Source of the DNA: an uncultured archaeon
GTDB lineage: Archaea; Asgardarchaeota; Thorarchaeia; Thorarchaeales; Thorarchaeaceae
Length of the DNA stretch: 32,000 nucleotides
Assembly (NCBI GenBank): GCA_964354495.1
Contig: CAYHAA010000008.1
Span: forward strand, 83,054 to 115,053
Reading direction: 5' to 3'
The notes below the pieces were generated by a model. The model was not told where the DNA came from. It worked only from the letters and a program-made list of their open reading frames with translations, and made no database searches. The translations under genes and the position numbers were made by a program. This document shows positions 25,767-32,000 of this stretch, piece by piece (the first letter of the stretch is position 1; each line of letters opens with the position of its first letter).

Positions 25767-27125
25767 TTGACAACAATGTTTGGTACAAACGGAGTCCGTG
25801 GTATAATAAACGAGGGCTTTACCGTTGAAATGGTTCTCAATCTGGGTCGTGCCATAGGCACTGTGCTAGGTCCTGGTGTAGTTGGTATAGCGCGGGACTC
25901 GCGGATGGGAGGCGAAATGTTCACTCGGGTATTGACTTCTGGGTTAACCTCAACAAGCTGTTCTGTTGTCAATCTTGGTCTTGTGCCGGCTCCGACTTTG
26001 CAGTATATGATTCCCAGACTAGGATGTGTCGCTGGAGTCATGGTTACGGCTTCACACAACCCTCCTCAATTCAATGGAATGAAAGTGATAGGATCCAAGG
26101 GAATTGAGATATCTCGCGAGACCGAAAATCAGATTGAATCAGTCTACCAATCGAAGCAGTTCAAAATTGCTGATTGGAACAAAATCGGTCTTATCACACA
26201 TTATGACTCTGCAATTGATGCGTATATAGAGGGAATCAAAAAGCTCCTTGATGTTGATAAAATAAAGAATAAGAAACTGAAAGTGATTGTTGATTGTGCT
26301 AATAGTGTAGGGGGTTTAGTGACACCCAGACTCCTAAGAGAACTTGGATGTACCGTAGTTTCACTTAATGCTCAGTTGGATGGTTCATTTCCGGGAAGAA
26401 ATCCTGAGCCAATCCCTGAGAATATCAAGGACCTTGCACTCGCGGTAAGAGTCACTGGGGCTGATTTAGGGATAGCACATGATGGTGACGCAGATAGAGC
26501 AACCTTCGTTGATGAAACGGGCAGGGTACTGTGGGGTGACCAATCCTTTGCATTGATTGCCTCGCGAGTATTGGCTAAGAAACATGGGTCAACTCTAGTC
26601 ACGCCTGTTTCAAGCGGTCGTCTTATTGAAGATGTAGTCCGAAAAGCTGGCGCCAAGATTGATTGGACTGAAGTGGGAAGTGTTGTTGTTTCGCACAGAC
26701 TCGAGGAGATTGGTGCAGAATTAGGTGGTGAGGAAAATGGCGGGGTTTTTTTCCCAGCTCATCAGCCTGTTCGTGATGGTGCGATGACTGCTACCCAAGT
26801 GGTGGAAATGATTGCTCTAGAAGGCAAGACTCTCTCACAGCTTGTCAGTGAACTTCCTGCATATTTCAATACAAAGGTGAAAGTACATGTACCTCAGGAA
26901 AAGAAGGAATTGCTTCTAGAGGCACTCCTTGAACTAAGTAAGGACATGAATCGTATAACAATAGATGGTGTGAAGATAATCCACGATGATGGCTGGATTC
27001 TTATCAGACCGTCTGGCACTGAGCCTATCTATCGTTGTTTTGCCGAAGGAAACACGCAAGAGACTGCAGATCGCCTCAGTGACGAAGGTGTTAAGCTGAT
27101 TGAGCGTGCAAAGAAACTGGTCTAA
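25767..27125 (+). CDS. glmM: Alpha-D-phosphohexomutase (archaeal phosphoglucosamine mutase / PMM-PGM type)
   Basis: FGTNGVRG, VTASHNP (phosphoserine), DGDADR, GGEENGG, RPSGTEP. Substrate specificity (GlmM vs PMM) cannot be fixed from motifs alone. Confidence 0.85.
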   Translation: MTTMFGTNGVRGIINEGFTVEMVLNLGRAIGTVLGPGVVGIARDSRMGGEMFTRVLTSGLTSTSCSVVNLGLVPAPTLQYMIPRLGCVAGVMVTASHNPPQFNGMKVIGSKGIEISRETENQIESVYQSKQFKIADWNKIGLITHYDSAIDAYIEGIKKLLDVDKIKNKKLKVIVDCANSVGGLVTPRLLRELGCTVVSLNAQLDGSFPGRNPEPIPENIKDLALAVRVTGADLGIAHDGDADRATFVDETGRVLWGDQSFALIASRVLAKKHGSTLVTPVSSGRLIEDVVRKAGAKIDWTEVGSVVVSHRLEEIGAELGGEENGGVFFPAHQPVRDGAMTATQVVEMIALEGKTLSQLVSELPAYFNTKVKVHVPQEKKELLLEALLELSKDMNRITIDGVKIIHDDGWILIRPSGTEPIYRCFAEGNTQETADRLSDEGVKLIERAKKLV

Positions 27126-27290
27126 AACCTCCTTCCATTATCTAGTATCATCTCCAAATGAAATGATAGACTGATTTGATACTTGAATTATGACTATTGA
27201 AAATGCCAGTTCATAACGCTTATCTCTTGCTGCAAGTTAGGTATTCAAATTGGATGGCATCTTTGTATCCACTGGTGATGTGATTAGTTT

Positions 27291-28454
27291 ATGTTGAGAA
27301 TAGCTTATGTGAGCAGCTATACACCCAGAGAGTGTGGAATAGCCACTTTCACTGAGGACTTGACAAAGAGCATAGACGCTCTCCACGTATTGGAACCTGC
27401 AGCTATTATTGGCATAAATGACTCAGGCTCATCCTATAACTATGGAAAAGAAGTAGTGACGCAAATTGATGCGACTGATGAAACGACCTATCACCAAGTA
27501 GCTGATCTAATCAACGGTTCAGATTTCGATTTGGTAAATGTGCAGCATGAGTTTGGACTTTTCGGTGGAGATTGGGGGAATTATCTCTTGACCTTCCTCG
27601 AAAGACTGAGCAAGCCTAGCATTACTACAATGCACACAACACTCTCACCCGATTCGAGGATATTCCAGTCGCCTGAAAGTATTGCAGCTCATAACAAGGT
27701 GGTGAAGGGGATAGGGCGATACAGCTCTGCCATTACAGTCATGACGAAGATGGCGGCAAACATCCTCAGAGAAAACTATGATGTCGATGCAGATAAAATC
27801 CGGATTATTCCACATGGAACCCCTCCTATACCATCTGTGCCAAGCGAGCTGGCAAAAGATGCCTTGGGCTTGAATGGGCGAATTGTCTTGTCCACCTTCG
27901 GGCTCTTAAGTCGAGATAAGGGAATTCAAAATGCAATCAAAGCTCTGCCAGAACTCGTCAAAGAGTGGCCCGACATACTCTATCTGGTAATTGGAGCGAC
28001 TCATCCACAAGTTAGACTGCATGAAGGCGAGAAATACAGAAACCGACTAGTCCGTTTGGTGAAGAGATTAAAGTTAGAGAACAATGTCAAGTTCCACAAT
28101 CGCTTTGTGACCCAAGATGAACTAATTCAATACTTACGGGGTACGGATGTTTATATTTGCCCTTATATCAACGTGGATCAACTCTCAAGTGGGACAGTGA
28201 CTTATGCACTAGGGGCCGGAAGAGCCATTGTTTCCACTCCCTTTTACTACGCTACAGAAGTTTTGGCTGAGGGTCGGGGATTACTTTGCAAATTTAAAAG
28301 TCCCAGTTCCATTACCGAAAGCATCAGACAACTCCTAGAAAACCCTGGACAGAGAGCACGTATTGAGAAGCTGGCATATGAGTACGGTCAGGAAATGACA
28401 TGGCCCAAAGTGGCTTCGAAATATGCTTCTTTATTTAAAGAAGTGATTCAGTAG
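27291..28454 (+). CDS. Glycosyltransferase family 4
   Basis: SSYTPRECGIATFT, QHEFGLFGG, TFGLLSRDKG, SSGTVTYALGAGRAIVSTP. Confidence 0.9.
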   Translation: MLRIAYVSSYTPRECGIATFTEDLTKSIDALHVLEPAAIIGINDSGSSYNYGKEVVTQIDATDETTYHQVADLINGSDFDLVNVQHEFGLFGGDWGNYLLTFLERLSKPSITTMHTTLSPDSRIFQSPESIAAHNKVVKGIGRYSSAITVMTKMAANILRENYDVDADKIRIIPHGTPPIPSVPSELAKDALGLNGRIVLSTFGLLSRDKGIQNAIKALPELVKEWPDILYLVIGATHPQVRLHEGEKYRNRLVRLVKRLKLENNVKFHNRFVTQDELIQYLRGTDVYICPYINVDQLSSGTVTYALGAGRAIVSTPFYYATEVLAEGRGLLCKFKSPSSITESIRQLLENPGQRARIEKLAYEYGQEMTWPKVASKYASLFKEVIQ

Positions 28455-28462
28455 AGAGGAGG

Positions 28463-29512
28463 GTGGACTCTATCAAACTTCCTTCTATCAGCGTTGGTTG
28501 GCTACAAGATTTGACCGATGACACAGGTATATTCCAACACACAAAAGCCTCGATTGCTGACAGGAGAGAAGGATATACTACTGACGATAATGCTCGTGCT
28601 CTCATAGCTGCCCTCAAATATCATAGATTAAGCGGAGATGAACAAGCTATGACCCTTGCACGGACCTATCTGAGCTTTCTTCTCCATATGCAGAAGGAAG
28701 ATGGGCGGGTTCACAACTTCCTTGGATACAGTCGCAGCTTTCTCGATGAAGAGGGGTCGGAAGACTCACTCGGTCGGGTTCTTTGGGCCTGTGGATATTC
28801 TCAAGATGCGCTGATTTCTGATGATTTAAGAATGATAGCGAATGAGATTTTCGACAAGAGCTTGATTTGGGCGTTGAGGTCTGGTTCGCCTAGAACACAT
28901 GCCTATGCCATCCTGGGTCTTTATCACTATGTTAAGGCATTCCCTCAAGACAAGAACCTTCCGTTGAATGTGATTCATCTGGCTGATCGCCTCTGTGAAG
29001 CTTACAGGCATGAATCTACAGAGTCGTGGCAATGGTTCGAGCCAAACCTTACGTATGCAAATGCTCGACTTCCTCATGCACTTTTCAGGGCATATCAGAT
29101 AACCGGAAAGCAAGACTATCTCATCATCGCTGAGAAGACTTTCGAGTTTCTTGTATCGACGGTTATTATTCATGATATGTTCCAACCAGTAGGCAATCGG
29201 TCCTGGCAGAGAAGAGGAGGAAAAAAGACGCTCTATGATCAACAGCCAATTGAAGCATCATGTATGGTGGAAGCGGCTTCCACAGCATTTCAGGTAACTG
29301 GAAAGAAGCAATACTCCAAAACTGCACGCATTGCATTTGATTGGTTCATGGGAAAGAACTCAAAGAACATAATGGTCTATAATCCCGCCACTGGCGGTTG
29401 TTTTGACGGGATTACACCTGAAGGGCTCAACATAAACCAGGGGGCGGAGTCAGGTCTCTCCTATCTCTTGGCCCGTCTTGAGATGGAGACTCTGCATAAG
29501 AATGAGCCATAG
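28463..29512 (+). CDS. (alpha/alpha) barrel glycoside-hydrolase-like protein, equivalent to the C-terminal half of long GT4 fusions
   Basis: LTDDTGIFQH, GYTTDDNARAL, EDSLGRVLWACG, WFEPNLTYANARLPHAL, DQQPIE, GGCFDG, NQGAES. Confidence 0.8.
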   Translation: MDSIKLPSISVGWLQDLTDDTGIFQHTKASIADRREGYTTDDNARALIAALKYHRLSGDEQAMTLARTYLSFLLHMQKEDGRVHNFLGYSRSFLDEEGSEDSLGRVLWACGYSQDALISDDLRMIANEIFDKSLIWALRSGSPRTHAYAILGLYHYVKAFPQDKNLPLNVIHLADRLCEAYRHESTESWQWFEPNLTYANARLPHALFRAYQITGKQDYLIIAEKTFEFLVSTVIIHDMFQPVGNRSWQRRGGKKTLYDQQPIEASCMVEAASTAFQVTGKKQYSKTARIAFDWFMGKNSKNIMVYNPATGGCFDGITPEGLNINQGAESGLSYLLARLEMETLHKNEP

Positions 29513-29538
29513 TGTTCAATCGGAAAAGCCGAACTCAA

Positions 29539-30423
29539 CTAGGGAAGAAGCTCTCCCAGGTCGTATTCGGCTCCACAGACTACGGAATCAGCACCACCAT
29601 AATAGACAAGAAGCTTGTCATCCAACATGACGCTCCCACAGCTAAACACGACATTAGGCACCTTGCCAAACCTTTCATAGTCCTCACTTGGTTCCAATAT
29701 TGGTTTTTCCGAACGATAGAGTATGTTCTCCGGGTTCTCCTTGTCAATCAAGAGAGCGCCGAGACGATAGACGTAGTTATAATCCACCCCATGATATATG
29801 AAAAGCCAGCCCTCATTCACTTCGATGGGCGGTCCTGCTGATCCGACCTTGAGGCAGTCCCAACTATCGTTTCTGGGCTCCATCACTGCCTTGATATTGC
29901 ACCATCGTTTCAGGTCGTCGGAATATGCTATGCATAAATAGGGTTCAAGACGGTGATACATCACATAACGCCCGTCTATTTTCTTTGGGAATATCACTGC
30001 ATTCTTGTTGAGGATGCCATCAAAAGGTAACCATCTCTCTCCCCAGTTCCAATCGTTTGATATCAAGTCTTCCAGAGATATCTTTGTTATAGAAACTTGA
30101 TACGCGTTACTGGGATAACTCCTGTAGGCCGTGTAGGTCATCAGGCATTCTCCGTCCATTTGTGTGAGACGCGGGTCTTCACACCCTAGATTCTCACAGG
30201 AACTTGCCGGAGCAAAAGCTGGTTCGGGCTGTCGCGTGTCAATCGAATATCCATCCGAAGAACTCGCGTATCCCAAACGTGACACTCCATCGTCTCCCAT
30301 GGCACGATAAAGGATATGGACTTTATCTCCTGCATAGAGGGCGGCTGCATTGAATACTTCTCGATTTTGCCAATAATGACCTTGTACTGGCTCGAGGATT
30401 GGATTATTACTAAACCGCTTCAT
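29539..30423 (-). CDS. GH130-family glycoside phosphorylase/hydrolase
   Basis: NPILEP, VFNAAA, GCEDPRLT, NKNAVIFP, KVGSAGPP, WLFIYHGV, VPNVVFSCG, YYGGADS. Confidence 0.9.
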   Translation of the reverse strand: MKRFSNNPILEPVQGHYWQNREVFNAAALYAGDKVHILYRAMGDDGVSRLGYASSSDGYSIDTRQPEPAFAPASSCENLGCEDPRLTQMDGECLMTYTAYRSYPSNAYQVSITKISLEDLISNDWNWGERWLPFDGILNKNAVIFPKKIDGRYVMYHRLEPYLCIAYSDDLKRWCNIKAVMEPRNDSWDCLKVGSAGPPIEVNEGWLFIYHGVDYNYVYRLGALLIDKENPENILYRSEKPILEPSEDYERFGKVPNVVFSCGSVMLDDKLLVYYGGADSVVCGAEYDLGELLP

Positions 30424-30455
30424 TAGTTTCTCTCCTAGTGGTATGTCAAGGTTTT

Positions 30456-30845
30456 CTAGGTTTTGACTGACTGCATATCATGGACTTCATCCAAGATTAT
30501 TCTTAAACTGAGGAGGCCGATAAGATGCCCCTGCTTATCAGTCACTGGCAAATGTCGTATATTATGAGATTTCATGATATTTTTTGCCTCTGCGAAGGAA
30601 GCTCCCTTTTCGACAGTCTTGAGATTGGTCGTCATGACCTCCTTGAGCGGTGTACTCAATGGAATATCAGAAGCTACGACTCTAATAGCGTCTCGTTCTG
30701 TGAATATTCCCTTGCACTTCCTCTCCTTATCGATTATAACAATCGAACCAATATGCTTGACATAAAGGATGTGAATCGCCTCTTTGATAGAGATATCTCC
30801 CGAAGCCGTTACTACATCTTCAATCATCATACCGTTAATCTTCAA
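30456..30845 (-). CDS. CBS-domain pair protein
   Basis: HIGSIVIID...GIFTERD...EVMT...IRHLPVTD...IGLLSLR. Confidence 0.88.
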   Translation of the reverse strand: MKINGMMIEDVVTASGDISIKEAIHILYVKHIGSIVIIDKERKCKGIFTERDAIRVVASDIPLSTPLKEVMTTNLKTVEKGASFAEAKNIMKSHNIRHLPVTDKQGHLIGLLSLRIILDEVHDMQSVKT

Positions 30846-30938
30846 TCAACCATTCCTCTCATCCGTTGCTTGCTAGATAGGGGTATTTAACATGATGGTA
30901 GGGTTAACCTACATTGTAAGGGTAATCCCTTTCAACAT

Positions 30939-31019
30939 CTCTCTCTAGTTGAGACTCAGGTCCGAATATTAGACACACATTGTAGTCGGGTACAACAAGC
31001 TACATCTTTTATCTCTTGC
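30939..31019. repeat. Repeat family B, split/degenerate copy
   Basis: CTCTCTCTAGTTGAGACTC (30939-30957) and CTACATCTTTTATCTCTTGC (31000-31019), separated by about 40 nt. Confidence 0.5.
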
Positions 31020-31035
31020 ATCATTACTAGAATGT

Positions 31036-31689
31036 ATGGAAAAAGGGAAATATCTCACAGCTGCTATGATAGTTGCGCATCCTGATGATGAAACGATCTG
31101 GGCTGGAGGGACTGTGCTCATCCACTCGGACTGGCATTGGACAATTGTATCGCTCTGTCGTGGAAGCGACACAGATCGGGTGCCAAAATTCATTCGCGCT
31201 GTCCAGCAACTTGGCGGAGTTAGTGAGATTGGTGATCTCGATGATGGAACTGAGCAATTGCCTCTATCAGAAGCTGATGTACAGCAAATGGTGCTCTCCT
31301 TATTGCCTGAAAAGCATTTTGACCTTATCCTAACCCACAGTCCACATGGAGAATACACACGGCATCGACGCCACGAAGAAATCGGGACAGCAGTTGCTTT
31401 ACTATGGGAGAGAGAACTGATTAAAGCAAAAGAGGTCTGGATGTTCGCTTATGAGGATGGTGGAAAGGGTGGTAAGGATGATCTCCCTAAAGCGATTAAG
31501 ACGGCACATCTGATATCATACTTGCCTGAGGACATATGGCTAAGGAAATATACTATCGTTAATGACATATACGGCTTTGCTCCTGGGACATATGAAGCTG
31601 ATATCATCATGAGAGAAGAAGCGTTCTGGTGTTTCCAATCCCCTGTTGAATTCCGAAAATGGTTAAAAACGAAGAGGAGCAAACGATGA
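31036..31689 (+). CDS. PIG-L/LmbE-family N-acetyl-sugar deacetylase
   Basis: IVAHPDDETIWAGG; ILTHSPHGEYTRHRRHEE is a variant of the HxDH motif. Confidence 0.85.
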   Translation: MEKGKYLTAAMIVAHPDDETIWAGGTVLIHSDWHWTIVSLCRGSDTDRVPKFIRAVQQLGGVSEIGDLDDGTEQLPLSEADVQQMVLSLLPEKHFDLILTHSPHGEYTRHRRHEEIGTAVALLWERELIKAKEVWMFAYEDGGKGGKDDLPKAIKTAHLISYLPEDIWLRKYTIVNDIYGFAPGTYEADIIMREEAFWCFQSPVEFRKWLKTKRSKR

Positions 31690-32000
31690 GGGTACTAGTA
31701 CTATACGACTTTCCACCTCCCCCTGGAGGACTGGCAACCCAAGGTGACCTACTCTACAAGGGACTCAAAGAATTAGGGATTGACGCTCAAGCGGTTCATT
31801 ATTCTTCTGCACAGGAAAAGGAATGGTACTACCGCTGGTTCAAACCGGATATAGTTGTGGGAGTGGGCTACTGGGGAAATACGCCTGATCTGGTTCTCCA
31901 TGCTCAGCGGTATGGGGCCCTGCCGGTGCCCTGGCTGGTGGCCGATGGCTATGTAGCGAATTATCAGGAGATCCTTAACGCACTGCCTCTCATTCTGGTC
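31686..32000 (+). CDS. Glycosyltransferase (probably GT4), 5' part; runs off the window end
   Basis: Manual translation MRVLVLYDFPPPPGGLATQGDLLYKGLKELGIDAQAVHY...KPDIVVGVGYWG..., open to the end. ATGA overlap with the PIG-L stop. Confidence 0.7.
   Translation, partial: MRVLVLYDFPPPPGGLATQGDLLYKGLKELGIDAQAVHYSSAQEKEWYYRWFKPDIVVGVGYWGNTPDLVLHAQRYGALPVPWLVADGYVANYQEILNALPLILV

Noticed and set aside
29512-29841. 109-aa plus-strand ORF
   Set aside because: Overlaps the well-supported GH130 gene on the opposite strand; no motif.
1-32000. tRNA/rRNA genes, transposase or integrase genes, cas genes, genome-wide stop-codon reassignment
   Set aside because: None was recognised by eye. TAG, TGA and TAA all terminate intact genes here, so global recoding is unsupported.

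Overview
Gene-dense archaeal-looking window, most consistent with an Asgard/Thorarchaeia-like genome. This is inferred from gene content, TATA-like promoters, GGTGA/GAGG ribosome-binding sites and an N-glycosylation-sequon-rich surface protein; it was not verified by search. Most genes are metabolic or housekeeping: transporter, PadR, flavodoxins, Thr/Ser dehydratase, DUF1846, two MBL hydrolases, SurE, SDR, MaoC, phosphohexomutase, GT4/GH130/PIG-L cluster. Main unexplained features: (1) Two diverged copies of a 186/208-nt transposase-less element bounded by GGT direct repeats, with helically phased inverted 9-bp motifs and a hairpin loop complementary to its own 3' end. One copy sits in-frame and stop-free inside a membrane-protein gene, splitting its conserved G-x-x-x-G-x-x-E-R motif. 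(2) That gene is coupled to a SatD gene with class III cyclase-like motifs, and the pair is preceded by three palindromic operators at exact 29-bp spacing. (3) A stand-alone CARF-PIN nuclease downstream of SurE and a beta-CASP nuclease, with no cas genes in the window. (4) A 2499-aa multidomain secreted adhesin/toxin-like protein. (5) A second family of about 55-nt intergenic repeats, found mostly between divergent genes. (6) Two ORFs broken by single stop codons.
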